Under the pieces are notes generated by a model. It had not been told where the DNA came from. It did not search any database and saw only the letters and a list, made by a program, of their open reading frames with translations. A stretch of DNA of 64,000 bases, from NCBI GenBank assembly GCA_018672055.1, contig JABHGM010000001.1, forward strand, positions 200,884 to 264,883, given 5' to 3'. The position numbers and the translations under genes are program-made. Shown one piece after another: positions 41,919-50,775 of this stretch; position 1 is the stretch's first letter; the number at the start of each line of letters is the position of its first letter. This stretch comes from a bacterium. Lineage in GTDB: Bacteria; Patescibacteriota; Patescibacteriia; UBA1558; UBA10009.

Positions 41919-41926
41919 TTTTTTCT

Positions 41927-43753
41927 ATGTGTGGAATTATTGGATATATAGGTGAAAAAAAAGCATTACCTATTATACTAAAAAGCTTAAAAAAAATGGA
42001 GTATCGGGGCTATGATAGTGCCGGCGTTGCTTTAGTTGAAAATGATAAATTAATTATTAAGAAGAAATCTGGTAAATTAGATATTTTAAAAAAAGAACTT
42101 AAGGATTTTAAAAATAATTCTACTATAGGTATTGGTCATATTCGTTGGGCAACACATGGCGAGCCTTCTGATTTAAATGCTCATCCACATAATGATTGTA
42201 ATAGTGAATTAACTATTGTCCATAATGGGATTATTGAAAATTCTAATGAACTTAAAAAAAGTTTGATTAAAAAAGGACATATTTTTAAAACTGAAACAGA
42301 TAGCGAAGTTTTAGCTCATTTGATAGAAGAGTACTATAAGAATAATAAATTAGAAGAAGCTGTTAAAATAGCTTTAGAAAAGGTAAATGGTGCTTATGGT
42401 ATAGTAGTATTTAGTTTAAAAGAAGAAAAATTAGTTGCTGCTAGACTAGGTAGTCCAGTGGTTTTAGGTATTAAAAATAAAGAATACTTTGTAGCATCTG
42501 ATGTAGCTGCTCTGCTTCCATTTACTAAGGAAGTTCTTTTTTTAGAAGAAGGTGAAATAGCTATTTTAGATAGACAGGGATATAAGATAATTAAATTAAC
42601 AGGCGGTGAAAGTATTAGAGAAACTCAAACAGTAGATTGGAGTTTAGACGAGGTAGAAAAAGATGGTTATGATCATTTTATGCTAAAAGAAATTATGGAA
42701 GAAGCAGATACAGTGAGAGCTAGTATGAGGGGCAGAGTTATTTTAGAAGAGGGTGATATTAGATTTGGTGGCTTAATAGATGTAATGGATAAATTAAAAG
42801 AAATAGATAGAATAATAATAGTTGCTTGTGGTACAGCTCATTATGCAGGACGTATAGCAGAGTATGTAATTGAAAGTTTAGTTAATTTACCTGTTGAAGT
42901 TCAATATGCTTCAGAATTTAGATACAGAGAAGAGCCTTTAGATAAAAAAAGTTTAGTTTTAGCAATAAGTCAGTCAGGTGAAACTGCTGATACTTTAGCT
43001 GCTATCCGTAAAGCAAAAGAAAATAATGTACTAACTTTCGGTATTGTTAATGTGGTTGGTTCAACAATTGCTAGAGAAACGGATGCCGGAATATATAATC
43101 ATATTGGACCAGAAATATCAGTGGCTTCTACTAAAGCCTTTGTATCTCAATTAGTAATTATTTATTTACTGGCTATATTACTTGGCAGACAAAGAAAATT
43201 ATCTAGACAACAAGCTATAGAGATATTAGATGAATTAAATAAGTTACCAGAAAAAATTGAAACTATTACAGCCCAAGCATCTAAGATTGATGAAATAGCA
43301 AAAAAATATTATGAAGCAAATAATTTTATATATATTGGTCGTAAGTTAAATTATCCAATTGCTTTAGAAGGTGCTTTAAAATTAAAAGAAATTTCATACA
43401 TTCATGCAGAAGGCTATCCTGCTGGTGAATTAAAGCATGGGCCACTTGCTTTAATAGAAGAAGGTTATCCAGTAGTAGCTATTATTCCACAAGATAAAGT
43501 TTATAAAAAAACAATTAATAATTTAGAAGAAGTAAAAGCACGTTTAGGTAAAGTAATTGCAATTACTAATGAAGAAGATGATTTAATTAAGAAAGTAACT
43601 GATGATGTAATAATTATTCCTAAAACTTTGGAAATACTTAATCCAATCTTAACAGTAATACCTATTCAATTACTCGCTTATTTTATAGCTAAACGTAGGG
43701 GTTGTCCTATAGATCAACCTCGTAATTTAGCTAAAAGCGTTACTGTTGAATAA
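41927..43753 (+). CDS. glmS: Glutamine--fructose-6-phosphate aminotransferase
   Basis: The start is moved to MCGIIGYIG (Ntn Cys2). Two SIS domains, and a C-terminal ...AKSVTVE. Confidence 0.9.
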   Translation: MCGIIGYIGEKKALPIILKSLKKMEYRGYDSAGVALVENDKLIIKKKSGKLDILKKELKDFKNNSTIGIGHIRWATHGEPSDLNAHPHNDCNSELTIVHNGIIENSNELKKSLIKKGHIFKTETDSEVLAHLIEEYYKNNKLEEAVKIALEKVNGAYGIVVFSLKEEKLVAARLGSPVVLGIKNKEYFVASDVAALLPFTKEVLFLEEGEIAILDRQGYKIIKLTGGESIRETQTVDWSLDEVEKDGYDHFMLKEIMEEADTVRASMRGRVILEEGDIRFGGLIDVMDKLKEIDRIIIVACGTAHYAGRIAEYVIESLVNLPVEVQYASEFRYREEPLDKKSLVLAISQSGETADTLAAIRKAKENNVLTFGIVNVVGSTIARETDAGIYNHIGPEISVASTKAFVSQLVIIYLLAILLGRQRKLSRQQAIEILDELNKLPEKIETITAQASKIDEIAKKYYEANNFIYIGRKLNYPIALEGALKLKEISYIHAEGYPAGELKHGPLALIEEGYPVVAIIPQDKVYKKTINNLEEVKARLGKVIAITNEEDDLIKKVTDDVIIIPKTLEILNPILTVIPIQLLAYFIAKRRGCPIDQPRNLAKSVTVE

Positions 43754-44183
43754 TTTTAAATATATGATAAGAAAGTTTAAAAAAGAAGATGCTAAGCACG
43801 TTGCATCTTTAATAAAACAATTAACCTCAAATATTGTTAAGCCAGATAGTTTAGAGAAGCGTTTAGAAGAAATTGTAGAAGATAATAATACACAATATTT
43901 TGTTGCTGAAATTGATAATAAGATAGTCGGTTTTGCTGGGCTTTGTTGGTATACTATACCCTCCAAAGGTTTAATGGCTTGGGTTGAAGAATTAATAGTT
44001 GATGAAAAAATTAGAGGTAAAGGCATAGGTAAGTCTTTGATGAATGAATTAATTAACTTAGCTCATGAAATTAAATGTAATAAGATGGAATTAACGGTTA
44101 ATAATCCAATAGCGATTAGTTTATATGAAAAATTAGGTTTTGAATTTACAAATAGTAAAGTAATGATAAAAAAGCATTACTAA
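43746..44183 (+). CDS. GNAT family N-acetyltransferase
   Basis: 145 aa with an acetyl-CoA motif IRGKGIGKSLM. Confidence 0.65.
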   Translation: MNNFKYMIRKFKKEDAKHVASLIKQLTSNIVKPDSLEKRLEEIVEDNNTQYFVAEIDNKIVGFAGLCWYTIPSKGLMAWVEELIVDEKIRGKGIGKSLMNELINLAHEIKCNKMELTVNNPIAISLYEKLGFEFTNSKVMIKKHY

Positions 44184-44208
44184 TGCACTTTAAAAAAGGA
44201 GGAAGGAA

Positions 44209-45204
44209 ATGAAAAATATTGTTTCTATTGGAGCAGGTACAGGACAAGCTAATCTATTAAAAAGTTTAATGAATAATGGTAGATATAAATTAACTGGTTT
44301 AGTTTCTGTAACTGATGATGGTGGGCACAGCGGTAGGATAAGAAGAGATTTAAAAACATTTGGTGTTAAATCTCCTCAAATCGGTGATGGTAGGAATTGT
44401 CTATTGAAATTAGCTAGGAATAAAGAAGTAGCAAGCTTGTTTAAAGTATTAAAAAATGGTGAGAATTCTGCCAATACTTTAATCGCAGGTCTTTTATCTG
44501 ATGGGCTTACATTAACTGAGGCTTTCGAGAAATTCGGAAAGTTAGTTGATGCTGCTGGTACGATTATTCCGGTTACTAATGAAGATGTTGATATAATAGC
44601 TGAATATGAAGGAGATATTATTGTTTCAGGCGAATGGAATATTATGGAATATAATCACACAGATAAGCTTAAACGATTGCGTTTAAGTAGACCTGTTAAG
44701 ATTAATCCTAAAGCATTAACTGCGCTTGATAATGCTGATTCTCTGATTATTGGTCCAGGCTCATTTAGAACTGGGATAATATCTGCATTACTACCCGAGG
44801 GTATGAAAGAAAAAATAATGGATATAAAGGCTAAAATAATTTATGTTTGTAATTTATTCTCTCAACCAGGCCAAACTGATGGCATAACTCAAGCTGGTTA
44901 TATTGAAGAGCTGTATAAGTACATTGGTCGTGTACCAGATGTAGTTTTAGTTAATAATGGCTCAGTTCATGATAAGGTTATTCAACATTACAAAGATTCT
45001 GGCTCATCTCTTATAAAAGAAGGTGATTTAGATTCTCTTGGTTGTATGATTGTGCGAAGAAGCTTAATTCCTAAAATTGATGATATATTAAGGAATAGCC
45101 CTGAAATGCAAAGGATGGGTAGCTTTAAGAAGTGGACTCACCTTTTAACTCATGAACGTGGTGAATTGGCTAGAACTATTATTGAAATAATAGATGAAGC
45201 ATAA
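44209..45204 (+). CDS. YvcK/CofD-like (UPF0052, gluconeogenesis-factor family) protein
   Basis: SIGAGTGQANLLKSL...VSVTDDGGHSG...IIGPGSFRTGIISALL, with a strong SD AAGGAGGAAGG upstream. Confidence 0.65.
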   Translation: MKNIVSIGAGTGQANLLKSLMNNGRYKLTGLVSVTDDGGHSGRIRRDLKTFGVKSPQIGDGRNCLLKLARNKEVASLFKVLKNGENSANTLIAGLLSDGLTLTEAFEKFGKLVDAAGTIIPVTNEDVDIIAEYEGDIIVSGEWNIMEYNHTDKLKRLRLSRPVKINPKALTALDNADSLIIGPGSFRTGIISALLPEGMKEKIMDIKAKIIYVCNLFSQPGQTDGITQAGYIEELYKYIGRVPDVVLVNNGSVHDKVIQHYKDSGSSLIKEGDLDSLGCMIVRRSLIPKIDDILRNSPEMQRMGSFKKWTHLLTHERGELARTIIEIIDEA

Positions 45205-45217
45205 TATTATGCTTAGA

Positions 45218-45248
45218 GGGGGATAGAATTCTATCCCCTTTTTTTTAT
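45218..45248 (+). terminator. Terminator after the YvcK-like gene
   Basis: gggggatagaattctatcccc palindromic hairpin followed by TTTTTTTT. Confidence 0.6.
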
Positions 45249-45274
45249 TATCTAAATCATTTAAACTAATAAGT

Positions 45275-46525
45275 ATGCAGATATGTGATTTACATATACA
45301 TTCTAAACATGCTAGAGCTTGCTCTAAGTTTTTAACGTTAGAAGAAATTGATAAGTGGTCTAAAATAAAAGGCGTTGATATTGTTGGTACAGCTGATTTT
45401 ACTCATCCTCAATGGTTTAAAGAGATAGAGAATAAGCTGGAAGAAGTAAATAGTGGAATATTTAAATTGAAAGGATCTAACTCAGATGTTAATTTTATGT
45501 TAACAACTGAAATATCTTGTATTTATTCGCAAGGTGGTAAGACTAGACGTTTACATATTTGCATTTGGGCGCCTAATTTGGAATTTGTTAGGAAGTTGAA
45601 TAAGAATTTAACTGATAGGGGTTGTAAATTAGGTTCTGATGGTAGACCAATAATAGGTATGTCAGCAAAAGAGCTACTTAAAATATGTTTAAGCATAGAT
45701 GAGAATCATATTACTATACCAGCACATATTTGGACTCCCTGGTTTGCAATATTTGGTTCTAAATCTGGTTTTGATTCAGTTGAAGAATGCTATGAAGAAT
45801 TATCTCCACATATTTTTGCTTTAGAGACTGGTTTGTCATCTGATCCACTTATGAATTGGCAACTTTCAATGCTTGATAAGTATACTTTAGTTTCTAATTC
45901 TGATGCTCATAGTGCACAGAACATTGGCAGAGAAGCGAATGTATTTGATTTAAAAGAAAAAACATTTGAAGAGATAAGAAATATTTTAAAAACAAAAGAT
46001 AAGAAGAAATTTTTGTATACTATAGAGTTTTATCCAGAAGAAGGTATTTATCATTTTGATGGACATAGAAAATGTAAGGTTAGTTTATCCCCAGGTGAGA
46101 CAAAAAAAGAAAAAGAGGCTTGTCCTAAGTGTAAGAGAAATGTAACTGTTGGGGTTTTAAATAGAGTAGAAAATTTAGCTGATAGAAAGAAAAAAGATAT
46201 TAAAAAAGAAAATTACATTCCATTTAAAAATGTAATTCCGTTAAAAGAAATTTTATCTGATGTTTTAGATGTAGGTAAACATTCTAAAAAAGTAGATGCA
46301 TTTTATCAGCAAATGATTAAAGGTGGTAAAAATGAATTTAATATATTACTTAATCTTGAAATAGCAGATATTGAAAGTATTTCTACGCCAGAAATAGCTG
46401 AAGCAGTAAGGAGAGTAAGAAAAGATAAGGTTAAATTAATTCCAGGATTTGATGGTCAATATGGTAAGATTGAAATATTTGATAAGCAAGAGAAGAAGAA
46501 AACTTCACAAATTAAATTACTCTAA
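45275..46525 (+). CDS. PHP-domain protein of the EndoQ-like (TIGR00375) family
   Basis: N-terminal CDLHIHSKHARACS, a later TADFTHPQW, and a CPKCKRNV zinc ribbon. Confidence 0.45.
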   Translation: MQICDLHIHSKHARACSKFLTLEEIDKWSKIKGVDIVGTADFTHPQWFKEIENKLEEVNSGIFKLKGSNSDVNFMLTTEISCIYSQGGKTRRLHICIWAPNLEFVRKLNKNLTDRGCKLGSDGRPIIGMSAKELLKICLSIDENHITIPAHIWTPWFAIFGSKSGFDSVEECYEELSPHIFALETGLSSDPLMNWQLSMLDKYTLVSNSDAHSAQNIGREANVFDLKEKTFEEIRNILKTKDKKKFLYTIEFYPEEGIYHFDGHRKCKVSLSPGETKKEKEACPKCKRNVTVGVLNRVENLADRKKKDIKKENYIPFKNVIPLKEILSDVLDVGKHSKKVDAFYQQMIKGGKNEFNILLNLEIADIESISTPEIAEAVRRVRKDKVKLIPGFDGQYGKIEIFDKQEKKKTSQIKLL

Positions 46526-46613
46526 AATATAGCTAAAATTAGCGTAAATATAAAATCCTCTTCAAGCATGAGATAGAGGATTTTATATTCTCTTCTTTGA
46601 AGAAAATAAGATC

Positions 46614-46958
46614 TTATTTTTTTCTCTTCTTTCTACGAACTACTTTCTTCTTTCTTTTTGGAGCTGCTTTTTTCTTTTTCTTAGCAACTTTTCTTTTTTT
46701 CTTCGGAGCTGCTTTTTTCTTACGCTTTACAGCTTTCTTCTTTCTTTTTGGAGCTGCTTTTTTCTTTTTCTTAGCAACTTTTCTTTTCTTTCTTACAACC
46801 TTTTTCTTTCTTTTTGGAGCTGCTTTTTTCTTTTTCTTAGCAACTTTTCTTTTTTTCTTCGGAGCTGCTTTTTTCTTTCTTACAACTTTCTTTTTACGTA
46901 CTACTTTCTTCTTTCTTTTTGGAGCTGCTTTTTTCTTTTTACGTTTTTTTGCTGGCAT
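46614..46958 (-). CDS. Lysine/arginine-rich histone H1-like DNA-binding protein
   Basis: RBS GGGGGTG upstream of MPAKKRKKKK. The protein is almost entirely KKAAPKRKKKVVRKK-type repeats. The + strand Phe-rich track ORF is its antisense. Confidence 0.6.
   Translation of the reverse strand: MPAKKRKKKKAAPKRKKKVVRKKKVVRKKKAAPKKKRKVAKKKKKAAPKRKKKVVRKKRKVAKKKKKAAPKRKKKAVKRKKKAAPKKKRKVAKKKKKAAPKRKKKVVRRKKRKK
46620..46950. repeat. Imperfect tandem DNA repeats (~45-63 nt units) inside the H1-like gene
   Basis: A ggagctgcttttttcttt-containing unit (ttttggagctgcttttttctttttcttagcaacttttctttt and truncated variants) recurs six times, and each full occurrence encodes one KKKKAAPK unit of the protein. Confidence 0.7.
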
Positions 46959-47077
46959 TTTGTTCACCCCCTTTCTTGTTTAGGATTTTTATTTATTATA
47001 TTTTAATTATATCACTTTTTTACTAAAAATTATATAGTAAATACTAAAAAAGAACCTTAAATTAAAAGATTCTTTTT

Positions 47078-47154
47078 TGGTGGACCCGAGCGGAGTCGAA
47101 CCGCTGACCTCCTGCTTGCAAAGCAGGCATTCTAACCAACTGAACTACGGGCCC
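47078..47154 (-). tRNA. tRNA-Ala (anticodon TGC), CCA encoded
   Basis: The reverse complement reads GGGCCCGTAGTTCAGTTGGTTAGAATGCCTGCTTTGCAAGCAGG...TTCGACTCC...CGGGTCCACCA, with G3:U70. Confidence 0.85.
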
Positions 47155-47158
47155 TGTA

Positions 47159-47407
47159 TTATTTTGCTCCTGGAAATATTGAACTCACCATTGAAACTAT
47201 AACACCTTGAAGTAGATTGGTAGTTACAAGCATTCCTATAAAGATTGTAAGGATGCCAATTAGTTTCCATAGTAATCTTGAACCGCCTGATGTTGAGATG
47301 TGTTGTTCTGCCCAACTAATGGTTCCAAAGTTACTTACTAGCCAATCAGATTTCCAAGTTATTAAGAAACCTACTACGATCATAATTAAACCTAGTATAA
47401 TTCTCAT
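47159..47407 (-). CDS. Small hypothetical membrane protein (82 aa, 2 TM)
   Basis: MRIILGLIMIVVGFLITWKSDW...LIGILTIFIGMLVTTNLL. Wedged between tRNA genes. Confidence 0.4.
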   Translation of the reverse strand: MRIILGLIMIVVGFLITWKSDWLVSNFGTISWAEQHISTSGGSRLLWKLIGILTIFIGMLVTTNLLQGVIVSMVSSIFPGAK

Positions 47408-47416
47408 ATTTTTTTA

Positions 47417-47493
47417 TTTATTTTAATGGTGGACGCACGAGGATTCGAACCTCGGGCCTCTTGGATGTAAACCAAGCGCTCTAACCAGCTGAG
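47417..47493 (-). tRNA. tRNA-Val (anticodon TAC), CCA encoded
   Basis: The reverse complement reads GGACGCATAGCTCAGCTGGTTAGAGCGCTTGGTTTACATCCAAG...TTCGAATCC...TGCGTCCACCA. Confidence 0.85.
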
Positions 47494-47579
47494 CTATGCG
47501 TCCTGGTGCCCAGGGCGGGACTCGAACCCGCACGCTTAAATAAGCCTAGGCCCTCAACCTAGTGTGTATACCAATTCCA
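47494..47579 (-). tRNA. tRNA-Leu (anticodon GAG), long variable arm, CCA encoded
   Basis: The reverse complement reads GCCCAGGTGGTGGAATTGGTATACACACTAGGTTGAGGGCCTAGG...TTCGAGTCC...CCTGGGCACCA. It abuts tRNA-Val with zero spacer. Confidence 0.8.
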
Positions 47580-47615
47580 CCACCTGGGCTTCTGGCTAGG
47601 CTACTTATTTATCGC

Positions 47616-47954
47616 TTAAGCTATTTTCTTTTCTCTAAGTCTTTTTTTGTAAGATCTTAAGAAACCTAGTTTAGAACGTCTTACTCTAGCTTTCTTAATG
47701 ATTTCAATATTCTCAATATTTGGAGAATTTAAGGGAAATATTTTTTCTACACCAATACCGCCACTTACTTTTCTAACAGTGATTGTTGAGCCTACTTCAG
47801 CACCATGCTTTTGAGCTAGGACCATGCCTTCAAATACTTGAACTCTTTCTTTATCTTCACCTTTAACGTTTTTTTCTTTTATTTTTTGATGTACTCTTAC
47901 GGTCATACCTGGCTTAACTTCAGGGTAACCAGACTTCTTTTGTTCTTCTGACAT
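47616..47954 (-). CDS. rplS: 50S ribosomal protein L19
   Basis: Start trimmed to MSEEQKK. KPGMTVRVHQKIKE...RVQVFEGMV...TVRKVSGGIGVEKIFPLNSP. Confidence 0.85.
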   Translation of the reverse strand: MSEEQKKSGYPEVKPGMTVRVHQKIKEKNVKGEDKERVQVFEGMVLAQKHGAEVGSTITVRKVSGGIGVEKIFPLNSPNIENIEIIKKARVRRSKLGFLRSYKKRLREKKIA

Positions 47955-48010
47955 ATTTTTAAATATTTTGTTAATCTTAAAAACTAGACTCAATAATACT
48001 CTAAATTGTC

Positions 48011-48553
48011 TTATTTGTCAAGACTTTTTAAAGTCTTAAGAGTATTGGCTAAAACTACTCTAGGACTAGGTTTATTATCGATAATTAGGTCATATATCGA
48101 TTTATCGTAATATTTGATGTTATATAGCTTTTTATACCTTTTTACTAAGAATTTCTCTCTATGATTGATTAGTTCTTTAGCTTTACAGTTACTTATTTTT
48201 TCTCTTTTAGCTATCCTTTTTATTCTCATATCTTTGGGTACATTTACCCATATTTTGATACTTTCTACTTTATTCTTCTGACATAGCCAGCCTGAGATAT
48301 GTCCTTCGTATATTACTTTTTTATGAGTTTTAACATACTTTATCATTTGTTTATCTATGGCAATATCATGTTTTGGATACTTTAAACAATATACTTCAAA
48401 TTCACTTAGAGTCATTTTCTTTTTTTTAGCTAAAGCTCTAAATAATATACCTGTATGTAAATATTTATAGTTTAATTTTTTAGCTAGCATTTTAGCTAAA
48501 GTTGATTTACCTGATGCTGGTGAACCGCTTATTGTTATTATTTCAGAATTCAT
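48011..48553 (-). CDS. cmk: Cytidylate kinase-like P-loop kinase (short, archaeal-type length)
   Basis: ITISGSPASGKSTLAKMLAKKL P-loop; 180 aa. Confidence 0.5.
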   Translation of the reverse strand: MNSEIITISGSPASGKSTLAKMLAKKLNYKYLHTGILFRALAKKKKMTLSEFEVYCLKYPKHDIAIDKQMIKYVKTHKKVIYEGHISGWLCQKNKVESIKIWVNVPKDMRIKRIAKREKISNCKAKELINHREKFLVKRYKKLYNIKYYDKSIYDLIIDNKPSPRVVLANTLKTLKSLDK

Positions 48554-49464
48554 TTTAATTCATTTAAAATATTATTTAATTCTTTAGGAATTTCTATCTT
48601 ATATTCCTTATACTCATTATTCAAATCATTAAAGCCTAGAGTATGAGCATGTAAGAATAATCTATCTAGCTTTAAGTTATTAACTAAGTTTTTATTATAA
48701 TATATCTTATCACCAACTACTGGATGATTGAAAGCTTTTAAATGAGAACGTATTTGATGAGTTCTGCCTGTTTCAATAGTAACTTTTAAATAAGTATATC
48801 TAGAATATTTATTTTCAACTACATATTTTGTAATTGATTTTTTACCTGTCTCATGTTTAGGCAGAGCTACCATTCTACCAGTTAGCTTTGATCTTTTAAG
48901 AGGGAAGTCAATAATTCCAGTTTCAGTTTCTAAAACACCATAGACTAAAGCTAAGTATTCTTTTTTTACGTTTCTTTCTTGGAATTCATTTTTTAAATGT
49001 TCAAACATTTTTTGAGTTTTAGCTATTACCATAACTCCGCTTACTTCCTTATCTAATCTTTGAACAATACCAGGTCTTATTTCATCTTCACCAACATCTT
49101 TAATATCTGGGTAATTATTTTTTAACCAATCAACTAGAGTTGGTTCTTTGATACTTGGAGCTGGGTGGATGATTAAATGAGCTGGTTTATTTAATATTAA
49201 ATAGTCATCAGTTTCTGTTATTACTTCAGGTTTAGGTATTACTTTTTTTACTTCACAACTAAGTTTTGCAAAACCTTTGGCTATATTAACTTCAACATTG
49301 TCATTTTCTCTTAAGGCAAAATGAGCTGTTTCATGTTTATCATTTACAGTTACTTCTTTTTCTTTAATTAGCTTTTGAATTTGAGAACGTGAAAAATCAG
49401 ATAATTCTTCTACTAAGTATTTATCTAGCCTTTGTTTTTCTTCTTTTTTATATATTAATTTCAT
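48550..49464 (-). CDS. RluA-family rRNA pseudouridine synthase (RluD-like, with N-terminal S4 domain)
   Basis: An S4-like RLDKYL...SRSQIQKLIK; catalytic region HRLDKEVSGVMVIAK; and HQIRSHL. Confidence 0.75.
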   Translation of the reverse strand: MKLIYKKEEKQRLDKYLVEELSDFSRSQIQKLIKEKEVTVNDKHETAHFALRENDNVEVNIAKGFAKLSCEVKKVIPKPEVITETDDYLILNKPAHLIIHPAPSIKEPTLVDWLKNNYPDIKDVGEDEIRPGIVQRLDKEVSGVMVIAKTQKMFEHLKNEFQERNVKKEYLALVYGVLETETGIIDFPLKRSKLTGRMVALPKHETGKKSITKYVVENKYSRYTYLKVTIETGRTHQIRSHLKAFNHPVVGDKIYYNKNLVNNLKLDRLFLHAHTLGFNDLNNEYKEYKIEIPKELNNILNELK

Positions 49465-49492
49465 ATTATAAAAATAGCATATATTTGGTTAT

Positions 49493-49520
49493 AAAAAAAG
49501 CCCAGGGTTAGTTGGGCTTA
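49493..49520 (-). terminator. Terminator (copy 1 of an identical 26-nt element)
   Basis: aaaaaagcccagggttagttgggctt; on the minus strand the hairpin is followed by TTTTTT. Confidence 0.6.
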
Positions 49521-49553
49521 TTAATTTATTTTGATTAGTTAGAAAGAGTATAG

Positions 49554-49907
49554 TTATGTATGTTTTTCTGATTTTAACCATATGCTCATGTATTCGACGC
49601 CTTTTGGTGTCAGATTTTCAATTTCTTCTATACGCTGTTTAGCACCTAATATATCAGCAAGTATTGGATTGATTACTTGAATAGCCTCTAGTCTATTAAT
49701 TAGGTCAGAATTAAATCTTTTTTTAATAGATTTTCCTAATTTCACGATTTCTTTTTCAACCTTATTTGGAGGAAGGCTTCCTATGACGACTATAAAGTCA
49801 TCCAAGCTGGTTGCCATTTCAGATTTATGTATATCCTGAAAAAGTCTTTTTAGAGGAATGAATCTTTTTGCAATTTCTTTTACTGTCAATTCATTTAGTT
49901 TTTTCAA
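49554..49907 (-). CDS. Hypothetical protein (117 aa), paralog A
   Basis: C-terminal ...IEEIENLTPKGVEYMSIWLK, shared with the next gene. Confidence 0.45.
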   Translation of the reverse strand: MKKLNELTVKEIAKRFIPLKRLFQDIHKSEMATSLDDFIVVIGSLPPNKVEKEIVKLGKSIKKRFNSDLINRLEAIQVINPILADILGAKQRIEEIENLTPKGVEYMSIWLKSEKHT

Positions 49908-49992
49908 TGTTCTCTCCTTTATTTGTTTAATATTAATTATTTTATTAAGAGCTTATTGGGCTAATTTATCAATTAAGTAATTTTTTGTCAAA

Positions 49993-50020
49993 TAAAAAAG
50001 CCCAGGGTTAGTTGGGCTTT
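49993..50020 (-). terminator. Terminator (copy 2 of the identical 26-nt element)
   Basis: Same aaaaagcccagggttagttgggctt sequence as at 49496-49520. Confidence 0.6.
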
Positions 50021-50045
50021 TAGAATTTAGTGTTCATTTTGGGGA

Positions 50046-50543
50046 TTAGGAAATAATGTGTTTAATTGTGCGAGCGATTTCATATGTTTTCATATATTGT
50101 TTTATATGTTTGATTCCAGTTGGTGTGAGATTTTTAATCTCTTCGATAAGTTCCTCAATAGTGGGATCGCTGTTTATTGTTGGCACTAAATAACCTTTGA
50201 ATTTAGATAATAGATTCATAAGATCATCAATAATTATTGTATACAGAAGTTCTTTATAGTACAACATAAGGATGGTATCACTGCGTTGTAGTTTTGCAAC
50301 AACTACCTTTAAAACATGGTATATCCAGTCGTTTTTTTCTGGACTATGATTTTCAGGAACTTTTGTCGTTATTTCTTCTCTGATTTTTGTCCAATTATCT
50401 TTAATTGTGTTTAAAGATGATGGACCGCCATTATCTAAATCCTTACGAATTTGAAATTGTTCTGATAGCTCTTGATCTTTGATATGTTTGATCATCCAAT
50501 CAAAAATTTCTTTCGCTGCTTTAAGCTTTATTGCTCCATTCAT
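50046..50543 (-). CDS. Hypothetical protein (165 aa), paralog B
   Basis: C-terminal ...IEELIEEIKNLTPTGIKHIKQYMK. Confidence 0.45.
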   Translation of the reverse strand: MNGAIKLKAAKEIFDWMIKHIKDQELSEQFQIRKDLDNGGPSSLNTIKDNWTKIREEITTKVPENHSPEKNDWIYHVLKVVVAKLQRSDTILMLYYKELLYTIIIDDLMNLLSKFKGYLVPTINSDPTIEELIEEIKNLTPTGIKHIKQYMKTYEIARTIKHIIS

Positions 50544-50586
50544 CTCTTCTCCTTTTTGTTATGTAAATATGATATAAATAATATAA

Positions 50587-50663
50587 TGGTGGGTGTAAGA
50601 GGATTTGAACCTCTGACCTCCACGATGTCAACGTGGCGCTCTAACCAACTGAGCTATACACCC
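50587..50663 (-). tRNA. tRNA-Val (anticodon GAC), CCA encoded
   Basis: The reverse complement reads GGGTGTATAGCTCAGTTGGTTAGAGCGCCACGTTGACATCGTGG...TTCAAATCC...TACACCCACCA. Confidence 0.85.
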
Positions 50664-50671
50664 ATAATATA

Positions 50672-50747
50672 TGGTGCGCGTAGATGGACTTGAACCATCG
50701 ACCCCCGCCTTATAAGGGCGGTGCTCTAACCACTGAGCTATACGCGC
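50672..50747 (-). tRNA. tRNA-Ile (anticodon TAT, i.e. UAU; AUA-decoding), CCA encoded
   Basis: The reverse complement reads GCGCGTATAGCTCAGTGGTTAGAGCACCGCCCTTATAAGGCGG...TTCAAGTCC...TACGCGCACCA. Anticodon stem CCGCC/GGCGG with loop CTTATAA. Confidence 0.75.
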
Positions 50748-50775
50748 GTATCAAAGTGAATTATACCTAATCTTT

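Noticed and set aside
46597-46983. + strand poly-Phe ORF (FFFLFGAAFFFF…) and the possibility of a CRISPR-like repeat array
   Set aside because: It is the mirror image of the minus-strand lysine-rich gene, which has a proper RBS and terminator. The repeats are imperfect and coding, with no spacer structure, so it is not CRISPR.
50472-50693. 73-aa + strand ORF
   Set aside because: Overlaps the start of a minus-strand gene and two tRNA genes; the C-terminal 'GFEPLTS…' is tRNA T-arm sequence read as protein.
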